Assembly (NCBI RefSeq): GCF_006345805.1
Contig: NC_042997.1
Location: 127,286,001 to 127,350,000, forward strand
Length of the DNA: 64,000 nt
Source of the DNA: Octopus sinensis
Lineage: Eukaryota
Direction: 5' to 3'
Positions within the stretch are counted from its first letter, which is position 1; every line of letters starts with the position of its first letter. The translations under genes and the position numbers were made by a program. The notes below the pieces were generated by a model that made no database searches, was not told the DNA's origin, and saw nothing but the letters and a program-made list of their open reading frames with translations. Shown here one piece after another: positions 25,148-39,692 of the stretch.

Positions 25148-27270
25148 CCCCTCGGAGGAAGAGTATACTTATATATAATATATCGGAGTAGTAGATGCCA
25201 TTGTAGTGATGATTGAAGAGGAAAAGGGAGTAAACCAGGCATCTGTAAGCCTCTTGTTGTAAAGGGAGTTTGTCATTGATTTTTGTGAACCAGTTGTAAG
25301 ACTTTGTTCTAGATGTAGTCTGAAATGTTTATGCAGGCAGTAATGGGAGTAGCAGCAGCAGTAGAAGCAGCAGTAAAAATAACAGCACTGTCCATGATGT
25401 GGTCTCAGATGTTTCTGTGTATAGAAGCAGCAACAGCAGCAATGGCAGCAGTGTCCCAGATGAAGTCAAGCATGTCAATGTATGTAGTAGTGACAACAGC
25501 AGCAGCAATGTTCTACATGTGGTCAAGGATGCAGCAGCACCAACCCAGATGGGATCAGCAGCATGTATGTTTGTAGCAGCAGCAGCAGCAGCAGCAGTTG
25601 TAGCAGCGTCCCATATGTAGTTTAGAATATCTATGCATGTAGTAGCAGTAGAGGCAGCAGCAGCAGTGTCCCAGATGCATGGGTAGAGGGATATGTAGAA
25701 GGTCATTGATTTCTTTGAGCTGAAGTACATGTTGACCTTGAAGAAAAGGCTTAATGTTTAGCTTGTAGTTTTGGTAGAGTTGGGCTTAAGCGATGACCAC
25801 ATTATAGCATCAGTGCTTACAGTGTCTAACATAGGCGCAGGAGTGGCTGTGTGGTAAGTAGCTTGCTTACAAACCACATGGTTCCAGGTTCAGTCCCTCT
25901 GCGTGGCATCTTGAGCAAGTGTCTTCTACTATAGTCTTGGGCCAATCAAAGCCTTGTGAGTGGATTTGGTGCTCCAGCATGGCTGCATTCAAAAGACTGA
26001 AACAAGCAAAAGAGTAAAAGAATAAAGAGTATACGTGGTACCTTCAGTGGCTCTACTTCTTCGTTCTGATTCCCAACTTCTAATCTAGTCAGTTGCTTCA
26101 TCCAGTAATGTCCTGTTGACCTTTGTCAACATATATTGGTTTCAAATTTGGGTACAAGGCCAGCAATTTCAAAGTAGGGGATAAATTGGTTACATCAACC
26201 TCCAGTGTTTGACTGATACTTGTTTTATCGACTGAAACACTAGTTGGGAATCTTTCAGTTTCCATCTACCAAATCCACTCACAAGGCTTTGATTGGCCCA
26301 AGACTATAGTAGAAGACACTTGCTCAAGATGCCACGCAGAGGGACTGAACCTGGAACCATGTGGTTTGTAAGCAAGCTACTTACCACACAGCCACTCCTG
26401 CGCCTATGTTAGACACTGTAAGCACTGATGCTATAATGTGGTCATCGCTTAAGCCCAACTCTACCAAAACTACAAGCTAAACATTAAGCCTTTTCTTCAA
26501 GGTCAACATGTACTTCAGATCAAAGAAATCAATGACCTTCTACATATCCCTCTACCCATGCATCTGGGACACTGCTGCTGCTGCCTCTACTGCTACTACA
26601 TGCATAGATATTCTAAACTACATATGGGACGCTGCTACAACTGCTGCTGCTGCTGCTGCTGCTACAAACATACATGCTGCTGATCCCATCTGGGTTGGTG
26701 CTGCTGCATCCTTGACCACATGTAGAACATTGCTGCTGCTGTTGTCACTACTACATACATTGACATGCTTGACTTCATCTGGGACACTGCTGCCATTGCT
26801 GCTGTTGCTGCTTCTATACAAAAACATCTGAGACCACATCATGGACAGTGCTGTTATTTTTACTGCTGCTTCTACTGCTGCTGCTACTCCCATTACTGCC
26901 TGCATAAACATTTCAGACTACATCTAGAACAAAGTCTTACAACTGGTTCACAAAAATCAATGACAAACTCCCTTTACAACAAGAGGCTTACAGATGTCTG
27001 GTTTACTCCCTTTTCCTCTTCAATCATCACTACAATGGCATCTACTACTCCGATATATTATATATAAGTATACTCTTCCTCCGAGGGGGCAAGCTGACAA
27101 AAACGTTAACATGCCGGGTGAAATGCTTAGCAGTAGTTTGACTGTCTATATGTTCTGAGCTCAAATTCCGCCAAAGTTGGCTTTGCCTTTCATCTTTTCA
27201 GAGTCGATAAATTAAGTACCAGTTGCATACTGGGTTCGATCTAATTGATTGGTTACCTCCCCAAAAATCT
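24966..27270. repeat. ~1-kb inverted duplication (arms 24966-25970 and 26268-27270, 297-bp spacer)
   Basis: Arms are reverse complements with only scattered differences; mirrored ORFs 25329-25730(-) and 26508-26831(+) confirm this. Confidence 0.92.
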
Positions 27271-27371
27271 AGCAGCTCACCTGCGATGGACTGGCGTCCC
27301 ATCCAGGTGGGTAACCTATACAGCAAGGGACTGGGAAACTGGCCCTATGCTCCACAAGGGGCAAAAAGGAT

Positions 27372-27402
<31 letters not shown>

Positions 27403-29068
27403 AAGAAGAAGAAGAAGAAGAAGGAGAAGGAGGAGGATAAGAACAAGAAGAAGATATATATTTGCAACCAGCCAGGATCCCTGGTCTGGTGGTACGTAAA
27501 AAGCACTATCCGACTCGTGGCCGTGGCACGTAAAATACTCCAATGCGACCGTACGACAGGCACCCTTGCCAACCCCCTTTGCTTGTGAAGACATGTTGGG
27601 GCAAGCGAAATCGAAATCGAATTGAACCAGCCAGGATCCCTGGTCTGGTGGTACGTAAAAAGCACTATCCGACTCGTGGCCGATGCCAGCACCGCCTCGA
27701 CTGGCTTCCGTGCCGGTGGCACATAAAATACACCAATCTGACCGTGGCCGTTGCCAGCCCCGCCTGGCACCTGTGCAGGTGGCACGTAAAAAGCACCCAC
27801 TACACTCACGGAGTGGTTGGCGTTAGGAAGGGCATCCAGCTGTAGAAACATTGCCAAATTAGACTGGAGCCTGGTGCAGCCTTCTGGCTTCCCAGAACCC
27901 CGGTCGAACCGTCCAACCCATGCTAGCATGGAGAACGGACGTTAAACGACGATGATGATGATGATGACATGGAAATACTGATGTCATCTTTACCATTTGT
28001 TGGTATCTAAGATGCCATTGCTACATCTATGGATATGGTGGGCCCTGGGCTTCTGTTGTCACTTCTCACACAGATATGTCTCTTGGTGCTGTCAACAGCA
28101 TTGGTGGAGTCATTAGCGTATTGGAAAAAAATACTTGAAAAATTTTTTTCCTGGCTCTTTACATTCTGAGTTCAAACCCCATGAAGGTCAGCTTTACCTT
28201 TCATTCCAACTGAGTTCAAAATAAATTAAGTACCTGTTAATGAATGGATTTGATGCAATCAAGCAATCTATTTTGCTGCAAAATTGCTGGCTTTGTGCCA
28301 AGATTCACCATCATCTTCATCATTATGATGAAGCAGCACCACCATCACCATCACCACCAGCACCACCATCACCACCAGCACCACCAATACCACCAGCACC
28401 ACCACTATCACAACCATCACAACCACCACCACTGCCACCATCATCGTCATCATCATCATCATCATCATCACTGTCATCATCATTTGATATCTATTTCCTG
28501 TGCTTGGTTGGACAAATTAGGAAGCATCACTTTTCTCCAGGTGCAGGTATCATAGTTTAAAATCACCACCTATTATTATATCTCTCACTACACTATCAAC
28601 AAGACTGTTATCTAGCAACAAGTAAGGCTTTTCAATAGAAATACTTGGACTTTTATTGCAGTTGAGGTATGTCTGTTGCATATTAATTGAATAAGTTGAG
28701 CTCTTATAGTTAAGGCTGACTAAAACTATCCTCAATGTCATCACATTTATCATTATGCTCTGCTTCTACCTCTCGTCTTCACCTACCATGACCTCCACCA
28801 TTAACTCTTACCTAACACCACTGGCGTCTATGGCTATCATTTCATTGCAAATAGCCTTTTCATGACAAATGCAACCACTATAACTATTCCCGTTTCTGCA
28901 GTGACCATCACCACCAGCTTCAGATGAACCACCACCACCACCATCACCACCACCACCACCACTGCAACTGCAATGTATTTTAGCATAAAACTCTGAAATA
29001 ATCAAGGAAGCATAAGTTCATTTTGGACGTTGGTCTCACTCATAATTATTTGCATATGTACAGTACAG

Positions 29069-29227
29069 TATAAAAGTGGTAATTGATGCTTAAGGAGGGT
29101 CAACCAGATATTAAAACTAATGCATATTGTGAAATATACCATAATCTACCATATGCACGAGTTTCATTAACATTGAGATAGCAGAGTCCCAAAACATTGG
29201 GGTGGCCTAATACTTTTGGCCAAGCCT
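29069..29227 (+). mobile_element. Second copy of the Tc1 3' end and TIR
   Basis: Direct repeat of about 30268-30424 (GTAATTGATGCT...TACTTTTGGCCAAG). Confidence 0.8.
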
Positions 29228-29584
29228 TTATATGTATAAATATAAAAATGAAACAAAAACGCAATAGAGTGCAATAAAACATTCAGACAGATAGATGATA
29301 CAAAGCGAACAAGAGAAACACCAATTAGAAGGACAGGCAAAAAAAGATGGGTCATTCGTGGCCCTCTTTCTTCAGTCAAGTCCCAGAAGTCACGACCGTT
29401 TCGGGCAGTTACACTTGAGACGGTTTGATCTGGTTGCCCCCCAAAAAAGTCTAAGCTATGAGCATTAGACCACTTTTTTTAGCAAGCTGGTGAATGTGTA
29501 TGGCAACAAAGACAAAAAACAGAGAACATGGTACACAATTATGAATACAAACAAGAAAATAACAACAGGTGTCTTTCAACATCT

Positions 29585-30427
29585 CAAATTGGACCAGTCA
29601 ATGGTCAAAAGTCATATGGTCTGATGAAATTAACTATGAGGTAAGATAGCACATGTATTCAATCAACATATGAACTTAATGTAACTGGCTTGTTGCCCAA
29701 AATATATAAAAAAGTATCCAACATAAAGCTAATTCTATTTTTCATGTTTTTACTCAGGTTTTCGGTACATTTAGTGCAACTTTCATGCATTGCAGAGTTG
29801 GGGAAGCATTTAAGGCTGAATGCCTAGTACCAACCATAAAACATGGAGGTGGTTCTATCATGGTGTGGGCCTGCATGTTTGCCACAGGACCTGGAAAAAT
29901 GTTTTCATGTCAGGGAAGGATAAATTCAGCTACCTATGTTTCTATGTTATCATGTTTTCGAGCCATCAATTACTAAATTGCATCCAGGACTGTCAAAAAA
30001 CGGTGTTATCTTTCAACAGGATAACGCTACATGTCATACAGCAAAGAATACTCATCAATGGTTTGAGATACAAGGTATTGTTCCCATGGACTGGCCAGCT
30101 CAAAGTCCCAATCTAAATCTGATCAAACAGTTATGAGAAACATTGGGTGAAGTTATCAGGAACACAACAATTAAAAATAAAGAGCATTTGTACCAAAAGT
30201 CGAGAGAAGAATGGAGTAAAATTGCTCCTAGCACCTGCAATAAACTAGTTGATTCAATGCCTAACCATATAAAAGCGGTAATTGATGCTAAAGGAAGGTC
30301 AGCCAGATATTAAAACTAATGTATATTGGGAAATATACCATAATCTACCATGTGCACAAATTTCATTAACATTGAGATAGCAGAGCCCCAAAACATTGGG
30401 GTGGCCCAATACTTTTGGCCAAGGTTG
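29585..30427 (+). mobile_element. 5'-truncated Tc1-family transposon, defective DDE transposase with a probable intron
   Basis: WSKVIWSDE, PTIKHGGGSIMVWAC, FQQDNATCHTAK, WPAQSPNLNLIKQL, VIDAKGRSARY*; right TIR ...CCCAATACTTTTGGCCAAGGTTG followed by TA. Confidence 0.9.
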
Positions 30428-30462
<35 letters not shown>

Positions 30463-30951
30463 CTATATATGTCAGACTTCTTTCAGTTTCCCTCTACCAA
30501 ATCCACTCACAAAGCTTTGGTTAGCTCAGGAATATAGAAAACAAGTATCTTCTACTATATCCCTGAGCTAATCTAAACCAATTGGTTTGGAAGTAAAGTT
30601 CTTACTACACAACCAACAGATTCTTTCAGTTTTTGTCAATTACATCCACTCACAACGTTTTTGTTGACCTGAGGCTGTAGCAGAAGTTACTTGCAGTGGT
30701 GGTTGAACCTGAAACTATGTGGTTGCGAAGTAGACTTCTTAACCATTCAGCTTTTACCATTACAAGCATTTCCTTTTGCCCAAGAGTTATGGTTTCTTAA
30801 TACCCAATCTCCAAATTCTTCTCACTCGTTTTACAAACATTAAATGGGTGTTGTGTGCCGTCCTTCTATCATGACAAAGCCAAAAAATAAACAAATATAT
30901 AAATAAATAAATAAATAAATGAATAAATGCAAATAAAAAAAACAAACGTAC

Positions 30952-31051
30952 CTCCAACCGTTGAAACTTTCTCAATGAACAACTGGCATTTTCCCAACAG
31001 TTACGTTCGTAAGATTTTATTTCTTCTCTCAATCGTACACCAATCTCTAAT
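30952..31051 (-). CDS. Internal exon of unidentified host gene
   Basis: TCTTTCTTTAACATTCAAAG| 100 nt |GTACGT; (R)[33 protein letters not shown], phase 2 to 0, compatible with the 13865 acceptor. Confidence 0.6.
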
Positions 31052-31342
31052 CTTTGAATGTTAAAGAAAGACATTTATGTAGATGTGTGAACATATATAT
31101 ATAGCAAAGAATTTCATGTGCATATGATGATGATGTGTATGTATATATATATATACGAATGTATACATAACACATATTTATATATGTAAATATATGTGTG
31201 TGTGTGTATATATATATACACACATATATATATATGTGTTTATACATTATATATATATATATTATATATATATATATATAATATGTATATATGTGTGTGT
31301 ATAAATATATAAACATATGTATATATGTGTATGTATAAATAT

Positions 31343-31373
<31 letters not shown>

Positions 31374-31408
31374 TATGTATCTCTGTCTGTATGTATATAT
31401 ATATATAG

Positions 31409-31444
<36 letters not shown>

Positions 31445-31453
31445 ATATATGTA

Positions 31454-31549
<96 letters not shown>

Positions 31550-32363
31550 AGCACACACACACACAAACAAACACACGCACACACATATACACACATATAC
31601 ACACACATATACATATATATTCATCACTATTCATGTGTTTATTCTTATGTCACTTGGCTGAATTCATTTTAGCAGAAACTCAAAAAAAAAAAAAACACCA
31701 AGCAAATAGGAAGTAAGGAGAGAGACAAACATAAACAAGTAAATAAAAGTAAATAAAAGTAAATAAAAAGTAAATACAAGTAAATAATGTTTTGTGTGAA
31801 ACGAGACAATGATTAACTGGTTGTTACTGTTGTCTTGGTAGTGGAACAAATAAGAGAAAACAGAGAAACAATAAGTCTATGAGATGAGGTAATTAAACTA
31901 AAGAAAATAAAGTAAGTTTTCCTAGTGTTTAGCCCTGTCTGTTAATGGTCAGAGTAACAAAGTAATGGTTAGACTTTAACAATTAACTCCCCATTTATAT
32001 TGTTATGTGTGAACTTTAGGAATTAGAAGACGTAATTGGTTAAATTTGCTTCTTCCTTTCGGAATCTTATCAATAAAAGGTTCAGATGATATCTTCTGAG
32101 AAAAGTCTAAGTGCAATTCCAAATATAGTCCATTGGGTGAAAGAAAAAAAAAATCGTGTTTTTTCCTATATCATATATATATATATATGTATGTATGTAT
32201 GTATGTACGTATGTATGTATGTATGTATGTATGTATGTATGTATGTATGTATGTATGTATGTATGTATGTATTTATACATGTATGTATGTATGTATGTAT
32301 ATATATGTATATATGTTTGTATATATATATATATGTATGTAAATATATGTATATATATGTATG

Positions 32364-32430
<67 letters not shown>

Positions 32431-32566
32431 CTGGAGCCTGGTGTAGCCTTCTGGCTTCCCAGATCATGGTCGAACCGTCCAACTCATGCTAGCATGGAAA
32501 ACGGACTTTAATCAATGATGATGATGATGATGATGATGATGATATATATACGTGTATATATATATA

Positions 32567-32609
<43 letters not shown>

Positions 32610-33699
32610 TATGTATATGTATATACATATACATATATATATATATGTGTGTGTGTATATATGTATGTATATATATATGTATGTATATCCGTATATATAC
32701 ATATATATATTATGGCCATTTTACAATAGTCTTCAGTTTGCTTTTACTCAAAGTTCTGTGTGACCAAAGTTCCATGTGACTTCCTAGCTATGTTGTTTTA
32801 TGTTCAATCCCATTGCACAGTAACTTGAACAAGTACCTTCAGTTATGACTCTGGGGCTGACCAAAGTCTTGTGAATTGCTAGTGACATGTAAAATCCACC
32901 CATGCCAGTAACACATACAAGGAACCAACAGCACCCTTGGAGAAGCTGACATTATGAATGGCATCCAACTATAGAAACCAAGCCACAATATGACTGGAAC
33001 CTGGTACAGCTCTCTGGTTTATCAGTTCCAGTCAAACCGTCCAACCTTTGCCTACAAGGAAAACAGATGCTAGATGCTAATGGTGGTGCTGAAAGAAGCC
33101 TGTCATATATTTGTATATACATTTCTACTCTAGGCACAATGCCCGAAATTTTGGGGGAGGGGGCCAGTCGATTAGATCAACCCCAGTACACAACTGGTTC
33201 TTAATTTATCGACAGCGAAAGGATGAGAAGCAAAGTCGACCGCGCTGGAATTTGAACTCAGAACATAAAGACAGACAAAATACCGCTAAGCATTTCACCC
33301 AGCATGTTAATGTTTCTGCCAGTGCACTGATTCCTGTCAAATATTTGTATATAAATACATACATACTGTCACACCTGTCACACAATGTCTTGACATGTGT
33401 GATAGATGTAAATAAGTGTTTTCATTAGACAAACATTTCTAATCTACCTAGAAAAACATGTTTTGGCCATGGAAAAATATTACCTTGCTTGGAAACAAAT
33501 AAAGGTTGGCAACAAGAAGGGCATCCAACCGTAGAAAATCTGAATCTGAATTTTGTCAGACCCTTGCTAGCATGAGAAAGTGGACATTAAAATGATGACA
33601 ATGACGACGACGACGACGACGACGACGATGATGATGATGATGATGATGATGAGGAGGAGGAGGAGGAGGAGGAGGGGGAGTGTAGCCTCTACGTCCTTT

Positions 33700-34640
33700 T
33701 ATTCAAAGTTGCCATAATTATGCCTGTAAGATTTTGGGTGGAGTATTCAGAATTCCATCATTATTTTCTTGTTTTCCTGTCTAGCCTTGCTAATTCATTT
33801 AGAGTCTTATTGGAGAACAATATAACTTGTAACTTATTCTGGCACTATTAATGCCTATTTCTTTGTTTTTGCATTTAGCTCTGTTTTAAGTATTTATCTA
33901 ATGTCCTTGTGATATTCTTTCTTAAACATTTTCTTTCATTTGTGTGTGTTACACTCTGTCTAGTTCATTAAGTCATAACTATTTGTAAGCTTGTATTTGG
34001 GTTAATTCTCTTATCTCTATTTTATCTAACATAACATTAGTGTTTTTAATTAATTTTCTTTTCTTTGAGGTTGCCTTGGGACATAATTTTTAATCTGAAT
34101 TTCATATTAATTCCACTGGCAAATCTATGTACCGTCTGTAACAGTGCTGTTAATTGTTTATCAGCAGCAACATACAACCTGCGGATATCCATAGATACAA
34201 GATAATTGATTCTCCTTCCATTCCATAGTATTTGCATCTGAGTCCAGTCTGGTTCCACATATTGACTAAAGGTTTTAACACTGAGCAGAAAAGGAACGGA
34301 GAGAAGGAGTAATGTTGGAATATTCCTCTTCTAATAGAGATGGGACTTGTTTTTCTAATTTCCTCTTTAGAATGCATCAACAGAATTAATTGCCATTTAT
34401 CAATGAAATGTTTGATGTACCAGCTTAAGGTGCTACATTATTTATGGCTAATGTTTACAGAATTCACATCTAGAGAACATTGACAACAGCTTTCTGGTAG
34501 TCAATTCTTTTTATTATTTTTTCGTTTTCCTTCTCCTACTGTTTTTGATTTGTTGATCAGAAATTGATCTTTACAACCATGAGTCTTTGCAGTGTCCATT
34601 TTGTTCTTTTGGAAGTACATGTTTTTCTACTTAATCTTTC
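33700..34640 (-). pseudogene. Highly decayed R4/Dong-like non-LTR reverse transcriptase fragment
   Basis: ISIRRGIFQHYSFSPFLFC..LKPL and INYLVSMD..RLY..DKQL..LLQTVHRFASGINMKF resemble RGIFQGDSLSPLLF / HLLYMDDLKLY / FS.DI.M.FG of that clade. Confidence 0.6.
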
Positions 34641-36479
34641 AGTCAGAAGATAAGGCAGTACCTGTGGAATAGTTAATTGTGGAATAGCAAGGGGAATGGC
34701 TATTGACCCCAATCAACACATCTTTCAGATTGGTGCCTCTCTGACAATATTTTTTAAAACTCTTTAGTTCACTTGTGCGATAAAAGTTGAATCTCTGATT
34801 TTTTTGTTAATCGCAAGGCCTTGGAAGAACTTTCTAGAGTCATTACTTTATTTGACCAACTTCCCATATTTTTGAACTTCCTGCACAATTTCCTGTGATG
34901 TGTGTATGACCATTGAAATCTGAAGAACCTAAACAAACCCTGACATCATAACTCTTTGACACTGGACGATCCCATGGAGTTTCATCTTTTTCACAACACA
35001 CCTATATCAGTTGTTCAAAGTTTCATAAATAATCACATCGTACAGAAAAACGAAATTATTGACTAATGAAATATTTCATGGAATATAAGAGAAACGAGAT
35101 AAAAATTGTTTGGTATGTGTCACAGTGCCTTTTTTATGTGCTCGCTCCCACTAAGTTTAGAGCCTGACTACACAACTGGGGAGCACCCACAGTACTTTTA
35201 CAGAGACTCTGATACTGGTGATAGGAGGGAAGGAGAGGGAAGCAAGAAAGTATCCCCAAACTGGAGACCTGGAGTGAATGTTTGAAATGGAGTAGACTCT
35301 GCTAGTGGCACCAAAAGTGCCAAATGGCAGGCAAAAACCGAAGTGATAGATTAAATTTACCATCCATTTCAGAACTACGGCAGGATTTGAACTCATAGCA
35401 CAAAGAACCAAAACAAATATCTCAAAGGCTGATACTCTTACACTTCTGTCAATCCATCTTCCTGGATAATAGTTTTGTACAGATTAATTCTCCCTTGTAT
35501 TGTTGTGGTTAGGATTTAATAAGAATTATGTTGGCAGGTTCATGGGTCTGTAGTGTTTTTATCTTGCTATTTCTTTTAGCCTTGCAAGTTTAACATGATT
35601 TTCCACCCTCTGAGCCATTCAGCTGTTGTTTTTGGATCTCTCAATCAGTTGGTAAATATACACGCCAGCACTTTATGTGTATGTACTTAATGTTTCAACC
35701 AAAAGTAGGGTGGTAAGCTGGCAGAATCATTAGCATGCTGGGCAGAATGCTTAGGAGCATTTCGTCTGCCACTACGTTCTGAGTTCAAATTCCACCGAGG
35801 TCAACTTTGCTTTTCATCCTTTCGGGGTCAGTAAGATAAGTACCAGCTGAACACTGGGGTTTGTATAATCAACTTACACCCTCCCTCAAAGTTGCTGGCC
35901 TTGTGTCAAGATTTGGAAAGGTGGCAAGCTGGTGAAATCATTAGCACACCAGACAAAATGCTTAGCAGCATTCCATTTGTCCTTATGTTCTGAGTTCAAA
36001 TTCCTCTGAGGTTGGCTTTGCCTTGCATCCTTTTGGGGATGATAAAATAAGTACCATTTGAGCCATGGGGTCGATGTAATCAACTTATCCCCTTTGCTGA
36101 AATTGCTGGCCTTGTGCCAAAATTTGAAATCGATACTTCAACCGAAAGTTTGGAACTTTAATACTTCCTGGTTATTATCTTTATTATTGGGGGTAGTTCT
36201 AAAGTTGGTGCTTCAGAATAGAAATCTTACCCCTCGTGGGGATAGAAAAAGGTTGCTTTTCTTTTCTTTTATCTTTTAGTATTCTCGCATTTCATATATT
36301 GGTAATTACAATTCTTTATATAACTTTCCATATAATACATAATATCTCTTACACTCATCATTCATTTTGGTAAATATGATATTTTTTTAGATTCCACATT
36401 AACTTTTATTTCGTTGATTCCTCATTGAAAGTTTCATATTTTTGGTATCTCTTCTAGCCCATGTGACTAGTAAATGAAA

Positions 36480-36518
<39 letters not shown>

Positions 36519-37015
36519 CATCATCATCATCATCATCATTATCATTGTTGTCATCATTGCTGACATCATTTTTGTTGTTGTTGTTGGTGGTGGTGCTATT
36601 GATGCTGTTATTGTGAATTTTAGAAATTTCCATTTAGGTTTATAAAACTAGTTTTTAATGATTTATATATAATATAGAGATTTGGAGATTTGCACAGTGC
36701 TAGAGATATTGTTATTACATCTAGAGACCCATTGTTGTGTTAACCTATCAGCTGTGAAGTAGTCGTAGAACTATTGTCAACCAAGGTAGACTAAAGCAAA
36801 CATAATTATGTACCTTGCACAGGAGTACAATACAACCGTCATCATACATTTTAAATAAACAGTCATCTATTGGGTGTTCAGAATATAAACATTTGACATT
36901 TTAAAGCAATGAATTCTTTCATTAGTTTAACTTAACCAAGGCATGGTATGACTGAATGGTTAAGAATTTAGCTTTCCAGCCATAGACTTCTGGGTTCAAT
37001 TCCTCTGTGTGATAT

Positions 37016-37200
37016 GTGGTGGTATCAAAAAGTTCTTGGACTAGTTTTGTAGCACACCAACAGATGGCAGCACATGCTTGTGTGCACAGTGAGAGCTAGC
37101 AGTGACCTTCATGAAGCAGTGGGCCAAATGACATCGCTGTGTTTACTTTGCAAGTTGTGAAATGTGTGTTTTTGTGATCACATGTATGCTCAAGCCTATG
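37016..37200 (+). mobile_element. 5' end fragment of the mariner family seen at 58429-59268
   Basis: Reverse-complement match to about 59110-59268 (GTGCACAGTGAGAGCT.GCAGTGACCTTCATGAAGCAGTG). Confidence 0.7.
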
Positions 37201-37679
37201 ATTTTATGATGTTCACCAGAAAAAACATCGCATTGAAGTCTGTCAAGATCTCTGTCAGCTAGACTCCATCCTCTGAATAGTATGTCAGTAGATCACATGA
37301 TTAACCAACAGATGCTAAAGGGCTAATTTTCAGGGGGTGTACAGGAGCAATGAAGTGCCTGGTTCAAGTTCAACATAATCCTCAGTTCAAAAATCAAAAC
37401 CATGACCCTGTGATCTGGAGTTCAATCCTCTAACTTCTAAGCTACACGCCTTTCACCATTATCCCTTTCATCAACATTAATATCTGAGCATTACTGTCTC
37501 AAGTCGAAGGACTCATAGAGTTGGTTACCTGGTTCATATCAGGTACAAGTGACTGAGATCACAATATTCCCACAGATCCGCAGGCTGATCCATTGCAAGT
37601 TTACTTTTTTAACAACTGAGTGAACTGAAGGAGTGTGAAATGGAATCTTTTGCTCAAGAACTCAAATCCACTGCCTGGT

Positions 37680-38085
37680 CCACCACCATCACCATCATCA
37701 TCACCATCAGTACCACCACTTCCAGCATCATCATCACCACCACCACCACCTCCAGCATCATCATCACCACCTCCAGCATCATCACCACCACCACCAACAA
37801 CAACAACCACCAGCACTACCAGCACCACCACTACCTCCACCTCCAGCATCATCATCACCACCACCACCACCTCCAGCATCATCATCACCACCACCACCAC
37901 CTCCAGCATCATCATCACCACCACTACCTCCAGCATCACCACCACCACCACCACCACCAACAACCACCAGCATCACCCCCCCCATCATCATCATCAGCAG
38001 CAGTGCCGCCACCACCACCACCACCACCACCACCACCACCACCACCACCACCATAACCATCATCATCATCATCATCATCATCATC
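37680..38085. repeat. (CAC/CAT/CAG) compound microsatellite
   Basis: Direct observation; similar tracts at 20016-20183, 28340-28480, 50270-50430, 51484-51715. Confidence 0.9.
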
Positions 38086-38405
38086 ACACTTAACGTCTAT
38101 TTTCCATGTTGGCATAGTTAGGGCAGTTTGACAGGAGCTGGTCAGCCATGGAATTGTCTGTTTTACCATGGTTTCTACAGCTAGACACCCTGTCTAATGT
38201 CAACCACTTTACAGAGTGTGCTGGGTGCTTTTTATGTGCCACCGGCACAGGTGTATTTATGCAGCACCAGCACGAGTGCATTTCATGTTGCATCAGCACC
38301 TGTAAAGAGCAAGCATTTATGTATGGATCACAGCGAGTTTTTTCCAGGAATTGAAACCATGATCCTGCAATCATGAGCACAACAACCTAACTACTAGGCT
38401 ACAAA

Positions 38406-39002
38406 CCTATTTCTTTACTACCCACAAGGGGCTAAACACAGAGGGGACAACCGAGGACAGACAAACGGATTAAGTCGATTACATCGACCCCAGTGCTTAA
38501 CTGGCACTTAATTTATTGACCCTGAAAGGATGAAAGGCAAAGTCGACCTCAGCAGAATTTGAATTCAGAACATAACGGCAGACGAAATACCTATTTCTTT
38601 ACTACCCACAAGGGGCTAAACACAGTGGGGACAACCAAGGACAGACAAACGGATTAAGTCGATTACATCGACCCCAGTGCTTAACTGGCACTTAATTTAT
38701 TGACCCTGAAAGGATGAAAGGCAAAATCGACCTTGGCGGAATTTGAATTCAGAACGTAAAGGCAGACGAAATACCTATTTCTTTACTACCCACAAGGGGC
38801 TAAACACAGTGGGGACAACCAAGGACAGACAAACGGATTAAGTCGATTACATCGATCCCAGTGCATAACTGGTACTTAATTTATCGACCCCGAAAGGATG
38901 AAAGGCAAAGTCGACCTCGGCAGAATTTGAATTCAGAACATAACGGCAGACGAAATACCGCAAAGCATTTTGCTCAGCATGCTAACGATTCTGCCAGCTC
39001 GC
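38406..39002 (-). mobile_element. SINE family C trimer (~184-bp units plus a single head)
   Basis: Units start near 38406, 38590 and 38773; one head (reverse complement GCGAGCTGGCAGAATCGTTAGC) at the right end. A monomer lies at about 52168-52388. Confidence 0.85.
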
Positions 39003-39648
39003 TGCTACATGCCTTTAGATCTAACACTTTGAAGTTAATATAATCACTACCAGTGTCACATTAGACCCATTGACAACTCCTCTGGCTACAACACTTACCT
39101 TTAAATCCGTGGCTTTGTGTCCATGTCAGAAATCTTTATTACAAGGTTAAATTTACAACAAAAACTTCTCAGAAAATTATGTTCTCATGTTTTGGTCTAT
39201 TGGAATTTCAGAAAATAACAGCCACTAACTTTTCAAATCTGTATATTAAAAAACATGAGTTGTGTAGGCTGCTGACATCACAGCTTAATCTCCATGACAA
39301 CTACAGGTCTGACTTATTCTAAAAAGCAACAGAGTAATGGATGACATTATCTTTTAAACATATTAATTCTGTGTATATATTCTTTAAATTTTTATTCTAA
39401 TATAATTTATTTTGTAAAAGTGAAAAGTCTCTAAAAGAATGATAATTTTCAATAATATCTCCATAACTACCATATCATCTTTAGAATAGAGCAAGTAGGC
39501 AACGATAAGTCCATCATCATAAAAAGGGTGATAATTTTGATTGTATTAAATACTTCTCTTCATTCGAACATTACGTACAATATTTTTATGGTGGTTGACT
39601 AAAAGTATCATTAATAATAATGAAATCAACCCACCTAAATATCTTAAA

Positions 39649-39692
<44 letters not shown>

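Noticed and set aside
28550-28753. Possible LINE endonuclease remnant (IIIGGDF)
   Set aside because: Only one short motif; not enough support.
31047-32780. Long YI/CV/HT-rich ORFs here and elsewhere
   Set aside because: They are translations of TA, TG and TATG microsatellites.
34661-36466. Exon-like minus-strand segments near 34661-34928 and 36231-36466
   Set aside because: Splice-like ends are present but all frames contain stops; they could only be terminal or non-coding exons.
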